24,000 nucleotides of DNA from Lysobacterales bacterium (GTDB lineage: Bacteria > Pseudomonadota > Gammaproteobacteria > Xanthomonadales > Ahniellaceae): contig JBBSLG010000016.1 in the NCBI GenBank assembly GCA_038255435.1, positions 77,002 through 101,001 on the forward strand, read 5' to 3'. How positions within the stretch are numbered: the stretch's first letter is position 1; every line of letters starts with the position of its first letter. The notes beneath the pieces were generated by a model. That model saw only the letters and a list, made by a program, of their open reading frames with translations, had not been told where the DNA came from and searched no databases. A program made the translations under genes and the position numbers. Positions 8,232 through 15,162 of this stretch are shown piece by piece.

Positions 8232-8394
8232 GGATGCACCGAGGGGAAAGGCGCCCAGTGTAGGTGAGCGGCGATGACGAGGTAAGCAGTCGCACTCGCG
8301 TCCCATCTGCGCGTTGCAATTGGACACGCGCATTTTGCTGCAGTTGCCATTGCCGGTTGTATCCTTCGGGTTCAGGACTCAGGAGTCATGGCAT
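8232..8394. promoter_or_regulatory. Divergent control region between the AAA ATPase and protease genes, containing an inverted repeat TGCGCGT-N11-ACGCGCA
   Basis: This is a 163-bp gap between divergent starts. A perfect 7-bp inverted repeat lies at 8308-8314 and 8326-8332, flanking a spacer with the palindrome CAATTG. I could not place confident -35/-10 hexamers. Confidence 0.25.
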
Positions 8395-11300
8395 ATGCCC
8401 GCCTTTTGCATTGCGACACGAGTTTCGACGGCAATTCTGCTCGTCGCCCTGGGCGCGGGCTCGCTGTCCGCCAGTACGCCCCAGCCCGCAGAACAGGCAC
8501 CGAGCCTGCGCTATCAGATCGAGCGCGGCACCGAACAGTCGGCGCTGCGCGTGCCTCAGCTCGACGTGGCGAAGGTGCTCGCTGAGGAAGCGCGTTCGCT
8601 GAAGGGCCAGCCGCAGCGCTATGCCTTGAGTCATCGCTTCAGCGCCGATGGCAAGCTCGCGCTCAACCGTGAGGGCCGCTGGCACACGGTTGGCAAAGGT
8701 CTTCGTCTGTGGCGCCTGCGCATCGACGCGCCCGGCGCCTTGTCGATCGACCTCGCGTTCAGTCCCTTCCAGCTTCCGGCCGAAGCATCGCTGTACCTGA
8801 CCGATGCCAGCGGCCGCTTTGTGCGCGGGCCCTATGGCGCCAAGGATAATCCCGACAGCGGTACATTCTGGACGCCCTTCGTGCCCGGTGATGTGGCCTA
8901 CGTTGAAGTCCTGCTCCCCGCCGCGGTCGAGCCCGAACTGCGTCTGCAAGTCGCCCTGATCAATCAGGCCTACCGCGATATTTTCAGCGGCGACAGCCCC
9001 TACGCGAAATCCGGCAGCTGCAATGTCGATGTGGTCTGCCCTCAAGGCGACGGCTACCGCGAACAGATCCGTGCTGTGGCGCGTTACACGGTGAGTGGTG
9101 GCAGCTGCACCGGTCAGCTGATCAACAACACCGGCAACGATGGCAAGCGGCTGTTCATCACTGCCAATCACTGCGTGGAATCACAGTCCGATGCCAGTGG
9201 TGTGGTCGTCTACTGGAACTATGAGAGTCCGACCTGTCGCATGCCCAATTCGGGAGCGAGTGGAAATCCGCTCCCGGTTTTTGGCAATTCGATCGCGCAG
9301 ACTGGCGGCAGCCTGCTGCGTGCCAATCATGCGGCATCCGATACCGCGCTGATCGAGCTCAACAGCAATATTCCGGGTGGCGTCACACCTTACTGGGATG
9401 GATGGGATCGATCGGAATCGGCCAAGTCATCGGCGGCCGTCGTGCACCATCCCAACGGCGACGAGAAACGCATCAGCTTCGAGAACAATCCGCTCAGCCT
9501 GTCGGATGTTGCGATAGAGGGTGTTCCGGGTTCGCGTCACTGGCGCGTCGCCGACTGGGATCTGGGCACCACCGAGCAAGGTTCGTCGGGATCGGGTCTG
9601 CTGAGCCCGGAAAAGCGCTTGATCGGGGTGCTGTCGGGTGGTGCGGCGGCCTGCGGAAATGATCTGGAAGACTATTTTGGGCGGCTCAGCATTGCTTGGG
9701 AGGGTGGTGGCAGTTCCAGCAGTCGGGTCCGCGACTGGCTCGATCCCGGCAACAGCGGCTCGGTCGTGCTCGATGGTCGCGGCAGCTGCAATGCGCCGGT
9801 GGTCAGCCTCAGCAAGGGCACGGTCAATCCCACGGTTGATGCGGCCATCGTTTTCACCGCAAGCATCAGTGGCGGCACGGGGCCCTACACCGTGCGTTGG
9901 GATGTCGATGGCGATGGCGTGATCGATCGAACGGTAAGTCAGGTCGGTCAGAGCACCCAGTTGCCGGTGCGCTATCCGATCGCCGCATCAACAACGCTGA
10001 GCGCGCAGGCTACCGATGCCACCGGATGTGCCGCCTCGGCCGGGCTGGCGCTCGATGTCAGCGCGCCCGACATCGTCGCGACCGCGACCGCGCCAACCCA
10101 GATCTGTGGCGATGGTGATGCCGCAATCGAGCCGGGTGAGCGTTGGCAACTGCCGGTACAACTTGCCAATGTCGGCGGCGATGCACTCAACAATGCGTTT
10201 GCCCAGTTCACGCCGAGCACGCCTGCCGCTGGCGTCGGCGATGATGGCTTCGACTACAAGGTGCTCAACAGCGGCGCCTCGGCAGATTGCCGGTTCCAGG
10301 CCGTCGACATGAGTGGCGCGAGCGTGGCCGTGCCCGACGAAAGCGACGATGGGGTAACCGCCGGGCTCGCCGTTGGTGGCGCTGCGCCGTTTCGTTTTTA
10401 CGGCAGCAATATTTCGCAGTTGAGGATGACGACCAACGGCTATTTATCCAGCAGCGCCGAAGAAGACGGCGGCGATTTCAACAATGTCTGCGGCGGTTTT
10501 GGTTCATTTTTCGACAACAATGCGCGCCTGCATGTGCTGCACGATGATCTGGTCATGCAGGCGGGCGGCAGCCTGCGTCACCAGCGCTTCGCGACCTGCC
10601 CGCGTCCGGCCGATGCTGGTGGTGCCCAGGGTTGCACGGTATTCCAGTGGAACAACCTTGGACGGTACACCTCGGCTTCGACGCCGCCCGACGGAAACGC
10701 GGTGTTCCAGGCGATTCTCTATGACCAGAGCTATGAAATCGTCTACCAGTACCTGACTGCCGATCCGCTCAGCGGCGGCGGGGCAACCATCAGCATCGAA
10801 AATGCCGAGCAGACCGAGCGCCTGCAATACAGCTGCAATACCAGCAATCAAGCACCGGCTGGACGCGCGGTCTGCTTCTTCGAACCCTCGGCCCTGCCGC
10901 CCAGTCTGCAGTCGACCAAGGTAAGTTTCGAGGGCGCGGCGCAGCAACCCCTGCCTAACCTCAGTTCGGGACAGAGTACGCAGCGGATGCTGCCCTTCTC
11001 GGTGCCAACCACGGCTACATGTGGCGCGCCGATCGGCATACGCTACGTCGGCACGGTCGATGATTTCTCCTCGTCCAACCGCAGCGGCGATCTGTACACC
11101 GGCACCGTGGGCAATGGTGGATCCTGTCAGACCAGTAATTGCGCGGTCAGTGTCTCGCCGTTGAACGGCATGCCGCGGGATGGCCTGTACTCACAGGTCA
11201 ACCGCAGCGGCAACGGCATCGGGCTGTTCAATATCGCGGTGGGCGATTCGGCCGTTCCTGCCGGCACCTGGTTCAGCGGCCGCGCCAATCGGCTGCCGAC

Positions 11301-11913
11301 CTGGTATCTGGTCAATGGTGCATGGAGCAGCATGGACCGCCGCGCTGATCTGACCATCTTCCAGTTCAATCAATCGGCGCCGGGTGTGTTCCCTGCGGTC
11401 GGCACCCAGGTTGGTACCGGGGTACTCAGCCATGATGGTGCCGGCGACGACTATGTGATGAGCTGGAACATCGATGGTGTATCGCGCATGGACAAGCTTG
11501 TGCGCACCTGGTCGGATACCAGTGTGGGGCAGGCCAATCACACTGGTCTGTGGAACACGGTGGGGCAATCGGGCTGGGGCGTGCTGATGGATGATCATCG
11601 AACCGGCGGCAATGTCGAGACCCTGGCGGTCGATTACCTCTACGATCAAGCTGGCGCAGCGACCTGGGTGCTTGGTGCGGCCTTCAACCTGTCCGGCAGC
11701 ATTCCGATGAATACCTTCCAGGTGCATTGCCCCTGGTGCCCCAACATCACCGATTTCGCCTCGGTCACGTTTACTTCGGCCGGTACCCAGTCGCGCAGCT
11801 ACACTGATTCGAACAATGGCTTGTTCGGTTCGACGATCAGTGTGCCAGCGCACAACACCGTCTGGAATCGTGACAATTTGCCAATCCGCTTGCTGACCAC
11901 GCCACTGCAGTAA
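8395..11913 (+). CDS. Secreted lysyl endopeptidase (Lys-C / Achromobacter protease I-like, peptidase S1) precursor with PKD-like and additional C-terminal domains
   Basis: ATG at 8395 lies 9 nt after AGGAG (8381-8385) and gives the signal peptide MPAFCIATRVSTAILLVALGAGSLSAS. The catalytic domain spans roughly 9010-9783. The block SGSCNVDVVCPQGDG...NDGKRLFITANHC...VVVYWNYESPTCR...SDTALIEL...WDGWDR...HHPNGDEKRIS...GSSGSGLLSPEKRLIGVLSGG...RVRDWLDPGNSG closely parallels API/Lys-C as I remember it. The triad codons are His 9169-9171, Asp 9340-9342 and Ser 9586-9588. A PKD-like segment (GPYTVRWDVDGDGVIDRT) lies at about 9793-10068. About 615 further residues follow it. Confidence 0.9.
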   Translation: MPAFCIATRVSTAILLVALGAGSLSASTPQPAEQAPSLRYQIERGTEQSALRVPQLDVAKVLAEEARSLKGQPQRYALSHRFSADGKLALNREGRWHTVGKGLRLWRLRIDAPGALSIDLAFSPFQLPAEASLYLTDASGRFVRGPYGAKDNPDSGTFWTPFVPGDVAYVEVLLPAAVEPELRLQVALINQAYRDIFSGDSPYAKSGSCNVDVVCPQGDGYREQIRAVARYTVSGGSCTGQLINNTGNDGKRLFITANHCVESQSDASGVVVYWNYESPTCRMPNSGASGNPLPVFGNSIAQTGGSLLRANHAASDTALIELNSNIPGGVTPYWDGWDRSESAKSSAAVVHHPNGDEKRISFENNPLSLSDVAIEGVPGSRHWRVADWDLGTTEQGSSGSGLLSPEKRLIGVLSGGAAACGNDLEDYFGRLSIAWEGGGSSSSRVRDWLDPGNSGSVVLDGRGSCNAPVVSLSKGTVNPTVDAAIVFTASISGGTGPYTVRWDVDGDGVIDRTVSQVGQSTQLPVRYPIAASTTLSAQATDATGCAASAGLALDVSAPDIVATATAPTQICGDGDAAIEPGERWQLPVQLANVGGDALNNAFAQFTPSTPAAGVGDDGFDYKVLNSGASADCRFQAVDMSGASVAVPDESDDGVTAGLAVGGAAPFRFYGSNISQLRMTTNGYLSSSAEEDGGDFNNVCGGFGSFFDNNARLHVLHDDLVMQAGGSLRHQRFATCPRPADAGGAQGCTVFQWNNLGRYTSASTPPDGNAVFQAILYDQSYEIVYQYLTADPLSGGGATISIENAEQTERLQYSCNTSNQAPAGRAVCFFEPSALPPSLQSTKVSFEGAAQQPLPNLSSGQSTQRMLPFSVPTTATCGAPIGIRYVGTVDDFSSSNRSGDLYTGTVGNGGSCQTSNCAVSVSPLNGMPRDGLYSQVNRSGNGIGLFNIAVGDSAVPAGTWFSGRANRLPTWYLVNGAWSSMDRRADLTIFQFNQSAPGVFPAVGTQVGTGVLSHDGAGDDYVMSWNIDGVSRMDKLVRTWSDTSVGQANHTGLWNTVGQSGWGVLMDDHRTGGNVETLAVDYLYDQAGAATWVLGAAFNLSGSIPMNTFQVHCPWCPNITDFASVTFTSAGTQSRSYTDSNNGLFGSTISVPAHNTVWNRDNLPIRLLTTPLQ
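11176..11679 (+). repeat. Two diverged tandem copies of a protein-level repeat inside the protease C-terminus
   Basis: DGLYSQVNRSGNGIGLFNI...GTWFSGRANRLPTWYLVNGAW (about 11176-11349) aligns with TGLWNTVGQSGWGVLMDD...VDYLYDQAGAATWVLGAAF (about 11542-11679). They share GL[YW]..V..SG.G...and...TW[YV]L. I aligned them by eye only. Confidence 0.4.
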
Positions 11914-11922
11914 GATCGAACC

Positions 11923-11944
11923 GGAGCGCGCTTTCCTGCGCTCC
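11923..11944 (+). terminator. Hairpin after the protease gene
   Basis: ggagcgc (11923-11929) pairs perfectly with gcgctcc (11938-11944). It starts 10 nt after the TAA stop. There is no T-tract. Confidence 0.4.
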
Positions 11945-11969
11945 GTCCCGGAGGCCACAAGGAATCGGA

Positions 11970-12449
11970 ATGGGTGAACGTCAGTGGGTATTGTTGCGGC
12001 ATGCCAATGCCGAGGCCGGTAGCGCCAGCGGCAAGGACATTGATCGCGCACTGTCGCCGCATGGTCAACTGGAAGCACGAGCCGCGGCACAGTGGCTGCA
12101 GTCGCAGGCGAAAGGGCGGCCGGTTCGGATTCTGAGCTCACTGGCCAGCCGGGCCGCGGCTACCGCCAGCATCGTGGCCGAGGTGATTGGCGCCGAAGTG
12201 CAAGCAGAGGCCGATATCTATGAGGCGACGCCGGGTACCTTGATGACGCTGTTGAACGACTCCAGCGAGACAGGTATCACCGTGCTGGTGGGGCATAATC
12301 CCGGATTGGAACAAACCGTCGCCTTGCTTGGCGAGGGACGCACCGACGAATACCGGGGGATGCCCACCGGGGCCATTGCCTGGTTTGAAGTACCGGTCGG
12401 CCTGGTCGAACCGGGTAGCGGACGCCTTGCCGCGTTCTGGTTGCCCTGA
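11970..12449 (+). CDS. sixA: Phosphohistidine phosphatase SixA-like (histidine phosphatase superfamily, branch 1)
   Basis: 159 aa. The RHG-type motif reads VLLRHANAE. Other family features are RALSPHGQLEA, SSLASRAAATA (Sxx.RA.xT) and VGHNPGLE (HxP). AAGGA lies 7 nt before the ATG. Confidence 0.7.
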   Translation: MGERQWVLLRHANAEAGSASGKDIDRALSPHGQLEARAAAQWLQSQAKGRPVRILSSLASRAAATASIVAEVIGAEVQAEADIYEATPGTLMTLLNDSSETGITVLVGHNPGLEQTVALLGEGRTDEYRGMPTGAIAWFEVPVGLVEPGSGRLAAFWLP

Positions 12450-12493
12450 GCGCATGCTGAGCGTGCGCAGTCAGCACCGCGAGCACGATCTCC

Positions 12494-13150
12494 GTGGCAA
12501 AGCCGAGCGGTCCTGAGGCGCTGCGTGGTGCGGCTCGCGCCGCACTCGGCGGACTGCTGTTGGCGGCTGGCACGACGGCCAGTGCAGCGGATGCGGCTTC
12601 GATCCAGTCGCTATGGTCGGTCAATCCCGCCAGCAGTCAGGCCCGCTTCGAATTGCGAGCGCTCGGATTGATGGTGATCGAAGGGCACATCGATTCGGTG
12701 GAGGGTGAGGTGTGGCGCGACGCGAAGGGTACCTGGGTCCAGGTGCGCGTCGCCCTGGAAACACTGCGGATGAGTTCGGAGCGTCGTCAACGCTGGGCGC
12801 TGTCCGAGGAGTTCTTCGATGCCGCCGCCCATCCCCGGCTGACCTTTACCGCGGCGGTGCCGGCTGAAGCGCGCATGGATCGTCTGGGCGGCGCGCTCCA
12901 GGGCACGTTGAATTTGCGTGGGGTCGAGGCCCCACTGCGTGTCGCCCTGTTGAGCACTGAGTGTGATGAAGCGCAGCGCGCCTGCCGACTGCGCGCGCAT
13001 GCCGAGGTATCGCGGCGACGCTTCGGCATGATGACCAAGCGACTGACTTTGTCCGATGCCGTATCGCTGGATCTCAGCCTGGATCTGCGACGTAACCCAT
13101 CGGCACCGCCACCGCCGGACGCCAAACCAGCATCCGGCGGTCGTCGCTGA
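12494..13150 (+). CDS. YceI-like periplasmic (polyisoprenoid-binding type) protein
   Basis: The GTG start gives a signal-like N-terminus (AALGGLLLAAGTTASA). The YceI-like core includes SQARFELRALGLMVIEGHIDSVEGEV and GTLNLRGVEAPL. The C-terminal tail is Pro-rich and basic. The RBS is weak, so the start is uncertain. Confidence 0.65.
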   Translation: MAKPSGPEALRGAARAALGGLLLAAGTTASAADAASIQSLWSVNPASSQARFELRALGLMVIEGHIDSVEGEVWRDAKGTWVQVRVALETLRMSSERRQRWALSEEFFDAAAHPRLTFTAAVPAEARMDRLGGALQGTLNLRGVEAPLRVALLSTECDEAQRACRLRAHAEVSRRRFGMMTKRLTLSDAVSLDLSLDLRRNPSAPPPPDAKPASGGRR

Positions 13151-13151
13151 T

Positions 13152-13679
13152 CTACTTGCGCGGGCACTCGATCGGTTTGCCGCTGGCATCGCTGCAGCTG
13201 CCGCTGTGCTCGACACCCTCGTTGCTGTAGCTGGTCTGACCCTGATACGCATTGCCGGTGTTGGCATTGCTGGCACTGCTGTTGCGCGCGCCGGCGAAGC
13301 TCCCATCGGCGTTGCGGGTAACGCCGCCGCTGGTCTGGGCGCTGCCATTGTTTCCGGTCGCAGCGGCGCCGCCCTGACGGCTGGCGCTGCCATCGGCATT
13401 GCGACTGAATGCGCCGGCGCGCGCCGCGCGGCCGCCATTGGCTGTCTCCACGGCGCCCGCGCTACCGCCGACCACGTTGCCCTCCGCATCACTGGCGGCA
13501 CCGCCGCCGCGTGCGTAGGCGCCGCCCTTCGGACCGCTGCCGGCGCTGGCGCTACCGGCGCTGGTTCCACCGGCCGCGTTGGGTTTGGCGCCGGCGACGC
13601 GGACACGTTCGGCATAGGCGGCATCGGCGCCGGCGAGCAGTCCAAAACTGAGAAAGGCAAGTGCGAGGGATCGATTCAT
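13152..13679 (-). CDS. Secreted Gly/Ala/Ser/Asn-rich low-complexity protein of unknown function (175 aa)
   Basis: ATG at 13679 is preceded by AGGAG (the reverse complement of 13687-13691). The Sec signal peptide is MNRSLALAFLSFGLLAGADAAYA. The mature part has almost no hydrophobic residues, carries repeated RNADGS units, and ends GSCSDASGKPIECPRK. The track ORF start at 13904 is too early. The opposite-strand ORF 13056-13739 lacks any such signals. Confidence 0.6.
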   Translation of the reverse strand: MNRSLALAFLSFGLLAGADAAYAERVRVAGAKPNAAGGTSAGSASAGSGPKGGAYARGGGAASDAEGNVVGGSAGAVETANGGRAARAGAFSRNADGSASRQGGAAATGNNGSAQTSGGVTRNADGSFAGARNSSASNANTGNAYQGQTSYSNEGVEHSGSCSDASGKPIECPRK

Positions 13680-13788
13680 CAGATAACTCCTGTGTGGGTG
13701 GTACACGCCGCTCAGCGATCCTGGCAGCGTGCGGTTTGACGGCTGAATGCTGGCGGCTTGATCGTCGTTGCGCTGCGCGGCAGTGCGC

Positions 13789-14253
13789 TCAGGGCGCCTG
13801 CGCGAGCCAGGGCGCAAGGCTGCTGTGCAGTTGCTCCAGGTGGTCAAGGCGCAGTCGCAGTCGCTCGTGCACCAGGGCCTGCTGTCCTGCGTCGAGCGAC
13901 TCATAGAACTGCATCCGCTCGGCCCTCATCGCGCGATGCTCCAGGGCCAGTGCGAGCAGCGCCTGGTCGATATCGGCGGACAGCGCCGGCAACTGTGGCT
14001 GTGGATTGGCCAGTTCGCTACGGGCCTCGTTCAGCAAGCTGCCGAGGGTGTCATAGGCGGCGATGCGAAAGGCCTGCTGGCGCGATTGCAGACGGGCCAG
14101 TTGGGCCGAGCTGGCAGGGTCCAGTCCCAGCGCCTCGGCGGAAATCGGTGGCAGTGCAGCAGCCCGCCAGCGCGCCGGCAAGCCGGCTGCAAGCACGCCG
14201 CCGGCCATGACCAGAGCGACCAGTGCGATCGAAACAAGACGATGCGACGACAT
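13789..14253 (-). CDS. Periplasmic Spy/CpxP/ZraP-like (LTXXQ-type) helical protein
   Basis: 154 aa. AGGAG lies 6 nt before the ATG at 14253. The N-terminal signal/anchor is LVSIALVALVMAGGVLAA. The body is all-helical and Q/L/A/R-rich with LTXXQ-like elements (LDAGQQALV, SSAQLARLQ). It is divergent from a two-component system, as cpxP is from cpxRA. The family assignment rests on composition, motifs and context only. Confidence 0.55.
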   Translation of the reverse strand: MSSHRLVSIALVALVMAGGVLAAGLPARWRAAALPPISAEALGLDPASSAQLARLQSRQQAFRIAAYDTLGSLLNEARSELANPQPQLPALSADIDQALLALALEHRAMRAERMQFYESLDAGQQALVHERLRLRLDHLEQLHSSLAPWLAQAP

Positions 14254-14442
14254 GAGAACTCCTTTCTGGAAACCGCTGGATCTGCGGTGTGCTCAGATTG
14301 GCCGCTGGACTTGAACCCGGTGTTTCCAGAGTCGCGCCAGATGTAACCGAATGCGAATGGACCGCTGGCCCGAAACGAACGGTTACCGCTGTGCCCCGCG
14401 GCCGCTTGAGTGCCCACCCGCTCATCCGCGATAGTGCAGGGC
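14254..14442. promoter_or_regulatory. Divergent control region with inverted repeats and clustered G(A/T)(A/T)AC half-sites
   Basis: TCTGGAAAC (14265-14273) pairs with GTTTCCAGA (14322-14330) as a 9-bp inverted repeat 48 nt apart. GTAACCG (14343-14349) pairs with CGGTTAC (14380-14386). GAAAC (14372) and GTTAC (14382) are spaced 10 bp apart, like OmpR-type tandem half-sites. CCGCTGG occurs three times (14273, 14302, 14362). A binding function is inferred, not shown. Confidence 0.3.
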
Positions 14443-15162
14443 ATGAGCACGGCCGCCCAAATCCTGCTGGTCGATGACGATGCGCGCCTGCGCGCACTGA
14501 TCGAACGCTATCTCAGTGAGCAGGGATTGCGTGTCCGCGCTGTTGCCAATCTGGCCGGTATGCGGCGTGCGCTGGCGGAGCGGCACATCGACTTGATCGT
14601 GCTGGACTTGATGCTTCCCGACGGCGACGGCCTTGACGCCTGTCGTCAGCTGCGCGCCGATGGCATCGAGACACCGGTGATCATGCTGACCGCGAAGGGC
14701 GACGAGATCGATCGCGTCGTCGGGCTTGAGCTCGGCGCTGACGACTATTTGCCCAAACCAGTGGGACCGCGCGAATTGTTGGCGCGGATTCGTGCACGCC
14801 TGCGGCGCGTGCCGGCCGCGGCCGGTGCAGCGCCGCGCGCGGATTCTGTGCCGGTCTGCTTCGGCGACTATCAACTCCGGCTGGATACGCGACAGCTGTC
14901 GCGCGGTGCTGTTGCCCTTCGGCTGACCAGCGGCGAGTTCGCCGTGCTGGCGGCGCTTGTTCAACATGCGCGGCGGCCACTGACGCGCGATCATCTGATG
15001 AACCTGGCACGCGGCGAGGATCACGGCGCCTTCGACCGATCGATCGATGTGATGGTCTCGCGTCTGCGCAAGTTGATCGAAGCCGATCCTCGTCATCCGC
15101 GCTATCTGCAGACGGTCTGGGGCGTCGGCTATGTCTTCGTGCCGGAAGGGGATCTGGCGTGA
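14443..15162 (+). CDS. ompR: OmpR-family response regulator (OmpR-like)
   Basis: ATG at 14443 (the track start at 14410 is probably too early). ILLVDDDARLRALIERYLSEQGLRVRAVAN...LIVLDLMLPDGDGL...PVIMLTAKGDEIDRVVGLELGADDYLPKP closely parallels E. coli OmpR as I remember it. The C-terminus is a winged helix (RLTSGEFAVL...VWGVGYVF). Confidence 0.88.
   Translation: MSTAAQILLVDDDARLRALIERYLSEQGLRVRAVANLAGMRRALAERHIDLIVLDLMLPDGDGLDACRQLRADGIETPVIMLTAKGDEIDRVVGLELGADDYLPKPVGPRELLARIRARLRRVPAAAGAAPRADSVPVCFGDYQLRLDTRQLSRGAVALRLTSGEFAVLAALVQHARRPLTRDHLMNLARGEDHGAFDRSIDVMVSRLRKLIEADPRHPRYLQTVWGVGYVFVPEGDLA

Noticed and set aside
8388-8585. ATG at 8388, immediately after the AGGAG box, as the start of a 65-aa ORF.
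   Set aside because: The spacing of 2 nt from the SD is too short. The product is Arg/Ala-rich with no features. The in-frame ATG at 8395 has 9-nt spacing and yields a proper signal peptide continuous with the Lys-C homologue.
6753-11913. AAA ATPase next to a serine protease, as a possible IetAS-like (ATPase plus protease) anti-phage defence pair.
   Set aside because: The genes are divergent, not co-oriented. The protease is an S1 Lys-C-type enzyme, not a subtilase. It carries a clear Sec signal peptide and propeptide, so it acts outside the cytoplasm, which does not fit an intracellular abortive-infection effector.
13056-13739. Plus-strand 227-aa Ala/Gly-rich ORF opposite the Gly-rich secreted protein gene.
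   Set aside because: It would overlap the 3' end of the YceI-like gene. It has no SD or signal peptide. The minus-strand frame has AGGAG plus a canonical signal peptide.
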